Source: an uncultured delta proteobacterium
GTDB taxonomy: Bacteria; Desulfobacterota; Binatia; UBA9968
DNA: 64,000 bases
Direction of reading: 5' to 3'
Assembly: GCA_963804165.1 (NCBI GenBank)
Contig: CAWDPO010000046.1
Span: 224,001-288,000 of the forward strand
Shown here: piece by piece, positions 9,703-19,984 of the stretch
Layout: every line of letters begins with the position of its first letter
Numbering within the stretch: the stretch's first letter is position 1
Notes under the pieces: generated by a model
What the model saw: only the letters and a program-made list of their open reading frames with translations
Database searches by the model: none
What the model was told of the DNA's origin: nothing
Position numbers and translations under genes: made by a program

Positions 9703-10536
9703 TTGTCTCACGATCCCTACCGCGAATTTCGTCAGGCCGTCGACCGATCGGAAGCTAAAATCGACCTCGGTCGCGCGGCCTTGACGATCGCCTTAAGCGA
9801 CTATCCTCATCTCGACATCACCAGTTATCTTGCGCGTATCGACCGGCTCGCAGGCGACGTGATCAATCGTTGCGGCGATGAAATCGACGTATACCGAAGT
9901 ATCGCGGCGCTCAATTACGTGATGTTTAGTCGCCATGGTTTTCGCGGCAATGGCGAGGCCTATTACGATCCGAAGAACAGTTTCTTGAACGAAGTCCTAG
10001 AGCGCAAAATGGGAATTCCGATTACGCTTTCGGTTCTCTACATCGAGGTCGCGCGACGTGTCGGTCTCGCGCTTCAAGGCGTGAACTTTCCCGGCCATTT
10101 CCTCGTCAAGCATGAAAGCGCCGATGGGGAAATCGTCATCGATCCATTTCATGCGGGTGCCATTAAGACAGCGGAAGATTTGACAGCCACCCTCAGGGAT
10201 TTGTATGGCACCAATGTAGCGCTCAAGCCGGAATTTCTCGAGCCGGCGAGCAAAAAACAAATCCTCAAACGCATGCTCGGCAATCTTAAAGCGATTTACT
10301 TGAGGGGCGGTGATTTCGGTAAAGCGTTATCTGTCAGCGACCGCTTGATCGTCCTCGATGCGGCAGCGAACGAGGAGTTTCGCGATCGTGGCGCGATTTA
10401 TTTGCAGATGGAGTGCTTTGTCCAAGCGCGGGAAGACTTTGAAAACTACCTCAGGCTGGCCCCCAACGCCCCCGACGGCGCCGCGGTGCGCGAACAGCTC
10501 GTCGCATTGACTAAGCGGGCGACGCTAATTCATTAA
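9703..10536 (+). CDS. SirB1/YchA family transglutaminase-like TPR protein
   Basis: FRGN..YYDPKNSFLNEVLERKMGIPITLS, FPGHFLV, IDPF, C-terminal TPR. Confidence 0.9.
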   Translation: MSHDPYREFRQAVDRSEAKIDLGRAALTIALSDYPHLDITSYLARIDRLAGDVINRCGDEIDVYRSIAALNYVMFSRHGFRGNGEAYYDPKNSFLNEVLERKMGIPITLSVLYIEVARRVGLALQGVNFPGHFLVKHESADGEIVIDPFHAGAIKTAEDLTATLRDLYGTNVALKPEFLEPASKKQILKRMLGNLKAIYLRGGDFGKALSVSDRLIVLDAAANEEFRDRGAIYLQMECFVQAREDFENYLRLAPNAPDGAAVREQLVALTKRATLIH

Positions 10537-12764
10537 CCCGGACCGAGTTCGGATCCCGACTGTTTCGAAAACTCGCGAAAACTGTAGGCGAATGACGTCG
10601 TCAACGAAAAGTCTTTGAACATCGCCTTGGTAAACCTCCACGGACGGATTTGCCAAAGCTTCAATTGACGCAGGTTGAGCAAGTTCTGCGTCCATATGCG
10701 TTGCAACTCCTGGCGTGAATAAACTACGCGGTTGTTAATGGCGTCGAACTTGATCAGACTCAGCTGTCCCTTCGAAGGCAGGATTTCGCGCAGCCGCGCA
10801 TAGGCTTCCTGCCATTCTTGAATGCGATCGCCCAAACGGATCCCGGCCTGAATATTATAGATCTCATCCAGCAGGACCCGCGCGGCGCCATTTTCGCGCG
10901 GCCGCAGATCCTGAATATTATCGAGTAATTTCCCCCACTGCTTTAAGAAACGATTGAGATCGTTGCGGTTATACACAACGCGTGACGAGAGATCTTCCAA
11001 GGGCTCGAGCAAAACCCGCGCGCGCTCCGGCAAAGTCTCCTTCGCATTATTGAAGAGGTTTTGGATCTCGCCGATTCGCAAAGCCTGCCAGACATCGGTT
11101 TGAATCTTTTGTATCTGCTCCACCCAGCGCTCTTCAGTCTCGCTTTTCTTCCGTGTCTGCAGCCAAACCTCTTCCATTTCCTTGAGAAATTTTGCCCACG
11201 TGATCAGCAACGCGGTGATTTCCTTGGTGCGTTTCCACAGGTGCGCGGGACTGGAGTCGACGGCAAAGCCAGGGCGGCGGATCTTGCGATCCTTGAGGCG
11301 GAAAAAACCGGCGACCATCGGGTGTTGTTTTTCGATGAGCGCGGCGTTCTTATACCAAAAAAAGATCGACATCAGATTCCAATAATTTTTCGGTCTGTCC
11401 GTCCAGCGCGCCAAGTTCCGGATCATATTGTCTTTGCTGTAAAATGTCTTCCACGCATTCTCGTATGCCTCGGTCCACTCTTCCGCGCTCATGAGCGGGT
11501 GCTTGATGGTCGCGTGAAACGAATCGCGCTTGTTGAAATCGGGATCCATCCAGTCGCCGCGCTTTTTCATCTCGCGATGATCGTGGGAACCGGGAAGGGG
11601 CGTCAACATGAAAAACGAGGCTTGATCCGGACCGACTTCGTTTATCAGGAAACGCATGTCTTCGGTGACCTGTTCTTTGGAGTCCCAAGGCAGACCGATG
11701 ATATACCCCGTGTGCACCAGCACGCCGGCGTCGTGCCACTCTTTGATGATGCTGCGGTATTCTTCGACCTTGTTTTGCTTCTTGCCTTCGGCCTCGAGAT
11801 TTTGCGGGTTGACGCTCTCCATGCCGATGAATACTTGAGTGCAGCCTGCCTTGGCCGCCAGCGGGACGAAGTCCTTGGGTTTTTTCGCCAAATCGACCTG
11901 CATCATGAAAGAAACATCGAGGCCTTCTTCGCGCAGCTTGATAATTTCTTCAAAGGTCTCGCGCCAGAGTTTTTTACGGGCGAAATTGTCGTCGGTAAAG
12001 AAATAGAAAGACAATCCGTTCTCGATATAGTTCTTACGCATCATGGCGGCGATGCTCTGCGGGCTGCGCTCGCGCATTTTGCGCCCTTGCACATTAATAA
12101 TCGTGCAGAAGGTGCAGGCAAACGGGCAGCCGCGCGAAGTATCGGCGGTGGCAAAGCTCGGATACGCGAAGTGCTTCATCGTTTTCGCGCTGGTTTGCGG
12201 CAGCGGCGCTTCCTCGATGTCGACGAGATTTTGCAGATCCTGGGCGAAACTATAGAGCGGTCTTAATTGTCCGTTGAGAAAGTCGCCAAGAATGCCTTCC
12301 CATTTTCCCTCGACTTCGCCCGACACCATACAGATGCCTTCACGATAGAGTTCCTGAATGTCCGGCTCCTGGTCGCTCAGCATGTTGATCGTGCCGCTGG
12401 TGTGAAATCCGCCCATGATGACCGCGATGCCCTGGGCTTTGAAGATGCGCGCCATGTCCAACGCACGGGGAAATTGGTTGGTTTGCACGCCGACGAGACA
12501 GATGAGCAGCTTCGTGCCCGGAGCCTTGCTCCAACGGATTATTCGCGACATAGGCACTTTTTCCGCGGTCTCATCGAAGGTAGTGACTTCGATGGGCAGA
12601 TCGCCAAAGACGCCGCGAGTCTTGATGTCTTCAGTCAGGCCGTGCAAGACATTGAGAGTATTGCTCGGCAACACGCCTTTCCAAAAACGGATTACGTAGC
12701 CGTCGTCGTCGTACTTCGACGGTTTGATCAGAACGATGTGAAATTTTTTGATTTGCTCCAGCAT
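10533..12764 (-). CDS. Cobalamin-binding radical SAM protein with long duplicated C-terminal extension
   Basis: GGFH B12-domain motif, SRGCPFACTFC (CxxxCxxC), FTDDNF, FIGMES, LTPLPGS. Confidence 0.85.
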   Translation of the reverse strand: MLEQIKKFHIVLIKPSKYDDDGYVIRFWKGVLPSNTLNVLHGLTEDIKTRGVFGDLPIEVTTFDETAEKVPMSRIIRWSKAPGTKLLICLVGVQTNQFPRALDMARIFKAQGIAVIMGGFHTSGTINMLSDQEPDIQELYREGICMVSGEVEGKWEGILGDFLNGQLRPLYSFAQDLQNLVDIEEAPLPQTSAKTMKHFAYPSFATADTSRGCPFACTFCTIINVQGRKMRERSPQSIAAMMRKNYIENGLSFYFFTDDNFARKKLWRETFEEIIKLREEGLDVSFMMQVDLAKKPKDFVPLAAKAGCTQVFIGMESVNPQNLEAEGKKQNKVEEYRSIIKEWHDAGVLVHTGYIIGLPWDSKEQVTEDMRFLINEVGPDQASFFMLTPLPGSHDHREMKKRGDWMDPDFNKRDSFHATIKHPLMSAEEWTEAYENAWKTFYSKDNMIRNLARWTDRPKNYWNLMSIFFWYKNAALIEKQHPMVAGFFRLKDRKIRRPGFAVDSSPAHLWKRTKEITALLITWAKFLKEMEEVWLQTRKKSETEERWVEQIQKIQTDVWQALRIGEIQNLFNNAKETLPERARVLLEPLEDLSSRVVYNRNDLNRFLKQWGKLLDNIQDLRPRENGAARVLLDEIYNIQAGIRLGDRIQEWQEAYARLREILPSKGQLSLIKFDAINNRVVYSRQELQRIWTQNLLNLRQLKLWQIRPWRFTKAMFKDFSLTTSFAYSFREFSKQSGSELGPG

Positions 12765-12921
12765 CGGTCCCGTCGCCTCCCGAGTGCTTGTATGTTAGCG
12801 CGCCATCTTTTATAGATAGCCGAGGAAAATCGAGATTTCACTAACTCTAACAACCGCCCCTCTGCATGTCAAGGTAACTAATCTTTAAATAGTGATTCTC
12901 ACTGCAGAATTTGCAGTTTCG

Positions 12922-13611
12922 ATGATTCAGCTTTTTCACGTCTCGAAATCCTATCCGCCGAATTACCGGGCGCTCACTGACATTAACCTAGAAATCGCCA
13001 AGGGCGAGTTCGTTTTCGTTTGCGGCGCCAGCGGCGCGGGCAAATCAACCCTACTGAAACTGCTGTTTCGCCAGGAGGAGCCGACGGAAGGGCAGATTTT
13101 GATCGACGGCCGCAATGTGACTCGCTTGGGTAGCCGCAGGGTTGCTCAATTGAGAAGAAAAATCGGCTTGGTATTTCAAGAGTTCAGGCTATTGCCCGGT
13201 TTAACCGTGCTCGACAACGTGGCTCTTGCCGCCCAGGTAATAGGTAAGTCGAAGCGCGAGAGCCGCACTAAAGCGTATCAGCTCTTGCGCGAGCTCGGTC
13301 TGAAGGAACGCTATGAGGCCAAGCCTTTCACGCTTTCCGGTGGCGAACAGCAGCGCGTCGCCATCGCCCGGGCATTGATCAACGAGCCGATGTTAGTCTT
13401 GGCCGATGAGCCGACGGGAAATATCGACGACGAAATGGCGGAAGAAATCATGCGATTGTTCTTGAAGATTCGCGATAGAGGCGCGACGATCGTCGTCGCC
13501 ACCCATGATCGCGCCATGGTGAAGCGCTACGGCACACGAGCGCTCTATTTGCAGCGCGGAGTTCTCACGGATGATCAGTTCGTTGCCACTAAACGGGAGT
13601 ACAGTTGGTGA
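12922..13611 (+). CDS. ftsE: Cell division ATP-binding protein FtsE
   Basis: GASGAGKST, LSGGEQQRV, ADEPTGN; followed by ftsX. Confidence 0.92.
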   Translation: MIQLFHVSKSYPPNYRALTDINLEIAKGEFVFVCGASGAGKSTLLKLLFRQEEPTEGQILIDGRNVTRLGSRRVAQLRRKIGLVFQEFRLLPGLTVLDNVALAAQVIGKSKRESRTKAYQLLRELGLKERYEAKPFTLSGGEQQRVAIARALINEPMLVLADEPTGNIDDEMAEEIMRLFLKIRDRGATIVVATHDRAMVKRYGTRALYLQRGVLTDDQFVATKREYSW

Positions 13612-14531
13612 AACTGTCGCTGATCGGCGTCGTACTGCGGCAAGTTCGCAGTAGCCTGCGCCATTTGTTTTGGACTCATGTGCTGACGTCGGGCACCATG
13701 GCAATGACGCTTTTCGTGTTTGGCGCGTTTATGCTTTTGCAGGTCAATTTGGAACGTCTTCTCAAGATTTGGGGCGACGAAATTCAAATTACGGCCTATT
13801 TGAACAACAAGATTGGCGCGGGCGATGTCCAAGCGCTGCTCGAGCGCATCGAGGCGTTGCCCGAAGTCGCGCGGGTCAGGCACATCAATCAAGAGCAAGC
13901 TTGGCGCGATTTCCAAACCGCATTGGGAACTCAGTCCGGCTTGCTGGCCGGTTTGCCGCGCGACGTATTGCCGGCTTCACTTGAAATCACGCTGAAGCCG
14001 AGCAATCGAGACAGTCCTGTGGTCGAGCAGCTCGCCGAGCGTCTAAAAACCGAGAAGGAGATCGCCAGCGTTGAGTATCCGCAGGAGTGGGTCGAGCGGT
14101 TGGGATTGGCGGTGCTCGCCGTGGAGTGGGGCAAATGGATAGTCGGCGGGATATTATTTATGGCGACGTTTTTCATTGTCGGCAGCACTGTCAAGTTGGC
14201 GATCTTCGCCCGTAAAGACGAAGTCGAGATCATGCAGCTCGTCGGCGCGTCGGAAACATTGATCCAGGCGCCGTTTGTGCTCGAAGGTATGATTCAGGGA
14301 TTGGCCGGCGCAATCATCTCCCTGGCGGCGCTCTGGGCAGCCTATGTACTGTTGCGCGAACAAACGCCGTCGATGGGAGGTTTTTTGCAGCCCCTCGGCC
14401 AGCTGCAATTTTTGGATCTACAGCGCGTGGCTTTGCTGGTTGCGATCGGCTTTCTTCTGGGTGCGGCGGGAAGTCTGTTTTCGCTGCGGAGGTTCGTTAA
14501 GACGTGGTACGCTTCACCCGTAAAATACTGA
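13605..14531 (+). CDS. ftsX: Cell division permease FtsX
   Basis: LPASLEI, EVEIMQLVGAS, PFVLEG; four TM segments. Confidence 0.92.
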   Translation: MVKLSLIGVVLRQVRSSLRHLFWTHVLTSGTMAMTLFVFGAFMLLQVNLERLLKIWGDEIQITAYLNNKIGAGDVQALLERIEALPEVARVRHINQEQAWRDFQTALGTQSGLLAGLPRDVLPASLEITLKPSNRDSPVVEQLAERLKTEKEIASVEYPQEWVERLGLAVLAVEWGKWIVGGILFMATFFIVGSTVKLAIFARKDEVEIMQLVGASETLIQAPFVLEGMIQGLAGAIISLAALWAAYVLLREQTPSMGGFLQPLGQLQFLDLQRVALLVAIGFLLGAAGSLFSLRRFVKTWYASPVKY

Positions 14532-15676
14532 TTTCTTTCCTTGCGACGTTGCTCATGGCACCGTCGTTTGCGTGTCCAGCCACGCCGAGCCGCGACCTTG
14601 AAGGCATCAGGAAAAAAATTGAAAGCGAAAGGAAGGGGCTTTCCCAACTGCAAATTAAGGAAGGCTCGGTGCTGGAATCTTTAGACAAAATTCAAAGCGA
14701 GCTCGACAAGCGCACTAAAGAGCTCAAACTCGCCAATACTCGATTGTCGAGTGTGGCGAGCGAATTGGCGCTTAAGGAAGCCGAAGCGCAATCGTTGACT
14801 CGATCCATCGCCGCGCGCCAGCCCATTCTCGCCAAACGCGCTGCGGCGCTTTACCGTTGGCAAAAAGGCGGCAGTCCGTTGATGGTTCTCAACGGCGACG
14901 TGTCGTTGAGTCAATTTCTCCAGCGGCGAAAGTATTTAGCGACGGCCGTGGCGTTTGACCAGACGCTTCTGACCAAGCTCCAAGAGGAAAGTGCGCATCA
15001 GGAAATCTTGCGCGACGAGCTGGCGCGTAAGAAAGAAGAGCTCAACGAGCAAAAACAAGTGCTCAACGTCGCCAAGGAAGGCGTCCGGCGAGAGGCGGAG
15101 AAAAAGAAAGTGCTGCTGGCGAGTCTGCGCCGCGAAAAAACCACGCGTCTTCGGGTTTTGAAGGAGATGGAGGCGGCGGCGCAACGGCTCGAGAAAATGA
15201 TGGAAGAGATCTCGAGGCGGGCGATGATTAAACCACGCGAGACGCCCTCGCCTCGTTCGCCGGGCGTTGGACTTGATGCGCTACGTGGCAAGCTCGATTG
15301 GCCTGCGCAAGGGCAAGTAACCGCACCCTTCGGCAAACATCAACATCCTGAATTTGCCGCTGAGATCGTCCGCAAGGGGATCGACATCGATGCGGCCCTC
15401 GGCGAAGTGATTAAAGCTGTGGAAAAAGGCACGGTCGTTTACGCCGATCGTTTTTCCGGCTACGGTAAAATGGTGATCGTTGACCATGGTGAGCGTTACT
15501 ATACAATTTACGGGCATCTTTCAGAAATTCTTAAGAAAACCGGTGATGACGTTAGGCGCGGAGAGGTCCTCGGACGGGCCGGCGACAGCGATTCTCTGGC
15601 GGGGGCAAAGCTTTATTTTGAAATGCGCAAAGACGGCCGTTCTGTGGACCCCGTGCCGTGGTTTAGGAAGCAATAG
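14504..15676 (+). CDS. envC: Murein hydrolase activator EnvC (coiled coil + degenerate M23)
   Basis: Signal peptide, long coiled coil, GIDI, YGKMVIVDHG, LYFEMR; position after ftsEX. Confidence 0.88.
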   Translation: MVRFTRKILISFLATLLMAPSFACPATPSRDLEGIRKKIESERKGLSQLQIKEGSVLESLDKIQSELDKRTKELKLANTRLSSVASELALKEAEAQSLTRSIAARQPILAKRAAALYRWQKGGSPLMVLNGDVSLSQFLQRRKYLATAVAFDQTLLTKLQEESAHQEILRDELARKKEELNEQKQVLNVAKEGVRREAEKKKVLLASLRREKTTRLRVLKEMEAAAQRLEKMMEEISRRAMIKPRETPSPRSPGVGLDALRGKLDWPAQGQVTAPFGKHQHPEFAAEIVRKGIDIDAALGEVIKAVEKGTVVYADRFSGYGKMVIVDHGERYYTIYGHLSEILKKTGDDVRRGEVLGRAGDSDSLAGAKLYFEMRKDGRSVDPVPWFRKQ

Positions 15677-15748
15677 CATTTTTATTTATCTTGGGATACA
15701 CTTAGCCCTTAAATCGTGCGTACTTTTTGCGTTTTTAGGAGAGCTGCC

Positions 15749-17119
15749 ATGCGAATAGTTCGTAAACACGGAACACCCTTACTGCTTTTGTTCGTCGGGC
15801 TAGCTTTGGGGTTTTTTCTTTCAGCTCACTGGGTGCCCAACGTTTCTGCCGTCGGGCGGCAGGACTACGAGAGCCTGGAAGCATTTAGCAATATACTTTC
15901 GATCGTCAAAAAGAATTATGTCGAAGACGTCGAAACCAAGAGTTTAGTCAGTGGCGCGATCAATGGCATGTTAAGTTCCCTCGATCCGCACAGCGCGTAT
16001 CTGACGCCGGAACTTTATAAAGAGCTGCAGAGCGACACGCAGGGCCGTTTCGGCGGATTGGGCATCGAAATTACCGTGAAAGGCGGCATCCTGACGGTCG
16101 TCTCGCCGATCGAAGACACTCCCGCGGCCAAAGCCGGCATCAAGCCCGGCGATCAAATTTTTAAAATCGAAGAAGAGTTTACGAAGGACATGTCACTGAT
16201 CGACGCGGTAAAAAAAATGCGCGGACTCAAAGGGACAAAGATCAATCTCACGATCAAACGCGAGGGAGTCGCCGACCTGATGGACTTCACGCTGGTGCGC
16301 GACGTTATCCGTGTGCAAAGCGTGCGCAGCCGCTCCCTGGAGCCCGGTTACGGCTATATTCGTTTGGCGCAGTTCCAGGAGCGCAGCGACCGTGACATGC
16401 AGCGGGTGTTGGAGAAAATGGCGGCGGAAAAAGGCGGCCTGAAAGGACTGGTGCTCGATCTGCGCAACAACCCGGGCGGACTTTTGACTCAGGCGGTGCG
16501 CGTCTCCGACATGTTTTTAGAATCGGGTATGATCGTCTACACGGAAGGCCGGATCGAAGCGCAGAAGCAGAAATATTTTGCGCAGAAGGACGGAACATGG
16601 ACGGACTTTCCTGTGGTGGTATTGGTTAACGGCGGCAGCGCGAGCGCGTCGGAGATCGTAGCGGGCGCTTTGCAGGATCATAAAAGGGCGGTGGTATTGG
16701 GGACGAAGACTTTCGGCAAGGGATCGGTGCAAACCATCCTACCGCTGGACGACAATTCGGCGCTGCGCTTGACCACGGCGCGCTATTTTACGCCGAACGG
16801 CCGATCGATACAGGCGACCGGGATCGTGCCAGATATCAACGTCGACAACGCATCACCTCCGGACGGCAAAGCGGAGGCGCCCAAGCGCCCCGGTTTGCGC
16901 GAGGAGAATTTACCGGGTCATTTGCTGAACCCCCAGCCGTCCGCGCCTAGTTCTCCGACGGAGCCCCCGGAGAGGGACAAAGAGAAGGAAAAGCAAATCC
17001 CGTCTACTGGGCCCACAGGCGACGAGACTATCGATAACGATACGCAGCTAAAACGAGCACTGGATCTGCTAAAAAGCTGGGATGTGTTTAAGCAAATCGT
17101 GCAGAAAAAGGCGGCATAG
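15749..17119 (+). CDS. ctpA: S41 carboxyl-terminal processing protease
   Basis: LDPHS, PDZ GGLGIEI, DLRNNPGG, SASASEI, FGKGSVQ. Confidence 0.92.
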   Translation: MRIVRKHGTPLLLLFVGLALGFFLSAHWVPNVSAVGRQDYESLEAFSNILSIVKKNYVEDVETKSLVSGAINGMLSSLDPHSAYLTPELYKELQSDTQGRFGGLGIEITVKGGILTVVSPIEDTPAAKAGIKPGDQIFKIEEEFTKDMSLIDAVKKMRGLKGTKINLTIKREGVADLMDFTLVRDVIRVQSVRSRSLEPGYGYIRLAQFQERSDRDMQRVLEKMAAEKGGLKGLVLDLRNNPGGLLTQAVRVSDMFLESGMIVYTEGRIEAQKQKYFAQKDGTWTDFPVVVLVNGGSASASEIVAGALQDHKRAVVLGTKTFGKGSVQTILPLDDNSALRLTTARYFTPNGRSIQATGIVPDINVDNASPPDGKAEAPKRPGLREENLPGHLLNPQPSAPSSPTEPPERDKEKEKQIPSTGPTGDETIDNDTQLKRALDLLKSWDVFKQIVQKKAA

Positions 17120-17156
17120 CCGTTGCGCAGATTCTTTTTTCATCAACATAGACACT

Positions 17157-17192
17157 AAAAATTAGCCCTCCCCTCGGAGGGCTAATTTTTTT
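17157..17192. terminator. Intrinsic terminator, bidirectional form
   Basis: AAAAATTAGCCCTCC-CCTC-GGAGGGCTAATTTTTTT after ctpA. Confidence 0.85.
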
Positions 17193-17211
17193 GTGCTACA
17201 GCTATTCCAGA

Positions 17212-18450
17212 ATGGTCAGAGACGTTAACCCAGAATACGATTTACCTCTGTTCGCTGTTCCCGCCCGCAAGTTTTTGACCGTCAGTGAGCTGAACGAGCT
17301 CATCAAAGGAACTCTGGAGTCTCGGTTAGACACTATCTGGGTGCAGGGCGAAATCTCCAACTTTCGCGTGCCGCCGTCTGGTCACTACTATTTCACGCTC
17401 AAAGATGACAAGAACCAAATTAGCGCCGTTATGTTTCGCCGCCAAGGTGTGGGGCTGCGCTTCCTCCCGGAAAACGGCATGGCGGTCCTTTGTTTCGGTA
17501 AGGTCAGTCTTTATTCCGTGCGCGGCGACCTGCAGCTTTATGTCGACGATATGGAGCCGCAAGGACAAGGCGCGCTTTATCTGGCCTTCGAGCAACTCAA
17601 GAAAAAACTCGCGGCTGAAGGGCTATTTGCCCAAGAGCAAAAAAAGCCGCTGCCATTTTTGCCGGCTACGATTGGCATCGTGAGTTCCGATCGCGGCGCT
17701 GCTCTGCACGACGTGCTGCGGATCATTCGCGACCGTTATGCCGACCGCCGCGTCGTGATTCGCCCGGTGAGAGTGCAAGGCGATGGCGCGGCCAAGGAAA
17801 TCGCCGAAGCCATCGCCGATCTGAACCGCTTCGCCGGCGTCGACGTGATCATCGTCGGCCGCGGCGGCGGCTCGTTGGAGGATTTGTGGGCCTTTAACGA
17901 AGAGATCGTCGCGCGCGCGATCTACGCGTCGCAAATCCCGATCGTTTCAGCGGTCGGCCACGAGGTCGATTTTACGATCGCCGACTTCGTCGCCGATCAT
18001 CGCGCGCCGACGCCCAGCGCCGCCGCTGAATTCATCCTGCCGCGCAAACGAGATTTGTTGGCGCAAGTCGAAATGCTGGAAGACCAGCTCCGGCGAAATA
18101 TGGATCTCAAGCTGGAAACGGCGAGGGATCATTTTCGCTCATTGGTAAAGCGGCTCGCCGATCCGGGGCGCAAGCTCCGCGAGAATCAGCAGCGATTAGA
18201 CGAATTGTCCGTAGATTTGCTGCGTCGGTTTCACCAGTGCTTGCGCCAGAGCAAGGATCGTCTGGCGGAAATTGCCGGACGGTTAAACGCCTTGAGCCCA
18301 CTCGCGGTGCTCGAGCGTGGCTACTCCATCACGCACAAACTGCCTGAAGAGCGGATCGTGAAAACCGCCGCGGCTTTGGACGTCGGCGACGCCATCCGGG
18401 TCACGTTTGCTCGGGGAAAAGCGCTCTGTCGAGTCGAGGGGAAAGAATAA
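17212..18450 (+). CDS. xseA: Exodeoxyribonuclease VII large subunit
   Basis: GEISNF, SGHYYFTLKD, RGGGSLEDLWAFNEE, AVGHEVD. Confidence 0.96.
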   Translation: MVRDVNPEYDLPLFAVPARKFLTVSELNELIKGTLESRLDTIWVQGEISNFRVPPSGHYYFTLKDDKNQISAVMFRRQGVGLRFLPENGMAVLCFGKVSLYSVRGDLQLYVDDMEPQGQGALYLAFEQLKKKLAAEGLFAQEQKKPLPFLPATIGIVSSDRGAALHDVLRIIRDRYADRRVVIRPVRVQGDGAAKEIAEAIADLNRFAGVDVIIVGRGGGSLEDLWAFNEEIVARAIYASQIPIVSAVGHEVDFTIADFVADHRAPTPSAAAEFILPRKRDLLAQVEMLEDQLRRNMDLKLETARDHFRSLVKRLADPGRKLRENQQRLDELSVDLLRRFHQCLRQSKDRLAEIAGRLNALSPLAVLERGYSITHKLPEERIVKTAAALDVGDAIRVTFARGKALCRVEGKE

Positions 18451-18451
18451 C

Positions 18452-19372
18452 GTGAAACTGTGCCTGGGACTCGCGCTCGTGTTCTCGCTCGTCCAAGCGG
18501 CGCAGCTACATTCTGGTAGTGCGGTGGCGGTGCAATGGCCGAGGACGGTTGAGGTGCTTCAGGGCGGACTGACGGAGGTTCACGTGAGTGGCCAGAATCT
18601 GGCAGGCGTTGAGGGACGGTTGCATACCACGCCGATTTTTTTCTATCTCAGCGGCGCGGATTCTTTTACGGCGATCATCGGCGCCGATGTCGAAGCCAAG
18701 CCCGGGTCGTCCAAGCTTGTGCTGAGGGCGACCAATCGGGCCGGCACGTCGGTGGATCGCGTCATCCCATTCAAGGTCAAGGCGAAAGCATTCCGAACGG
18801 AATCCTTTAATGTTCCTCCAGCCTTCGACGAGATGAGTTCAGAAACGCTCGAAGAGATTCGCCGCGAGCAGGCGGCATTCGCGCGGACGTTTGCGTTTTC
18901 TGCTCCCGAACGACTATGGGAAGCCCCGTTTGAGCGTCCCGTCCCGCAGGAGGCGTCAGCATCCTCCTTCGGATCGCGCCGAGTGATCAACGGCACGCCC
19001 CGCGCGCCCCACAGCGGGACGGATCTGTCCGCGCCGATGGCCACTGAAGTGTTAGCGGCCAATCACGGCCGAGTGGCGTTGGTGGGTAATTTTTTCTTCG
19101 CGGGCGGCAGCGTCGTTCTCGACCACGGCGGAGGGCTTTTCACCATGTATTTTCATCTATCGGAATTCAAAATAGAAGAAGGCGCGTTGGTTCAGCGCGG
19201 CGACGTCATCGCTTTATCAGGATCTTCCGGGCGTGTCACTGGACCGCATCTGCACTGGGGCGCGCGCCTGGCCAATGCGCGGATCGATCCGCTCCAGCTG
19301 CTCAGCAAAATTTCAGTTGACTCGGCACGCGGCGGTAATTTCAAATCGGTCATTAACCCGACGGAGAAGTGA
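18452..19372 (+). CDS. M23 family metallopeptidase
   Basis: HSGTD and GPHLH zinc motifs; signal peptide. Confidence 0.9.
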   Translation: MKLCLGLALVFSLVQAAQLHSGSAVAVQWPRTVEVLQGGLTEVHVSGQNLAGVEGRLHTTPIFFYLSGADSFTAIIGADVEAKPGSSKLVLRATNRAGTSVDRVIPFKVKAKAFRTESFNVPPAFDEMSSETLEEIRREQAAFARTFAFSAPERLWEAPFERPVPQEASASSFGSRRVINGTPRAPHSGTDLSAPMATEVLAANHGRVALVGNFFFAGGSVVLDHGGGLFTMYFHLSEFKIEEGALVQRGDVIALSGSSGRVTGPHLHWGARLANARIDPLQLLSKISVDSARGGNFKSVINPTEK

Positions 19373-19373
19373 C

Positions 19374-19637
19374 ATGGCGCGCAAAGAAACGGTAAATAAG
19401 ACGTTCGAATCGGCGCTAGAAGACATCGAGCAAGTCGTCGAGCAATTAGAAACGGGCGAGCTTTCACTCGAAGACTCGTTAGCCGCTTTCGAGAAGGGTG
19501 TGGGTCTAACCAAATATTGTTACCAGAAACTTGACGAAGTGGAGAAGAAAATCGAACTGCTAGTGAAAGACAAAGAAGGCAAGTTTCAATTGAAAAACTT
19601 CGAAGAACCTGGCGATAAGATGAGCAACGACGATTGA
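19374..19637 (+). CDS. xseB: Exodeoxyribonuclease VII small subunit
   Basis: FESALEDIEQVVEQLETGELSLEDSLAAFEKG. Confidence 0.93.
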   Translation: MARKETVNKTFESALEDIEQVVEQLETGELSLEDSLAAFEKGVGLTKYCYQKLDEVEKKIELLVKDKEGKFQLKNFEEPGDKMSNDD

Positions 19638-19984
19638 TCTTAGCGTGATCGCGACACTGTTAATTCCACGCTCACAGACTACAGATGCGATCACATCGTC
19701 GCGCTCCCCAAAAAACCGCATTTAGGAGTCAAGGACCTGGGTTATATCGAAATTGAGCCATGAATCACGCAATGTTTCGTCGATCGCTAAGTACTGAAAA
19801 GATCGAGCCGCTGTGGTCTGTCGGATACGTTCAAGGCGCTGACAAGCCCAATCCGATTTTGACTCCCATGGGACTATCCTGCCACATTAACGTGAATGAT
19901 TGTTACGGAAATTTGAAGGAATTGATCTGTTGATGCTAAAATAAGCAAGATGTGGGATTTACTCGATCACAAGCGGCGATTTAG

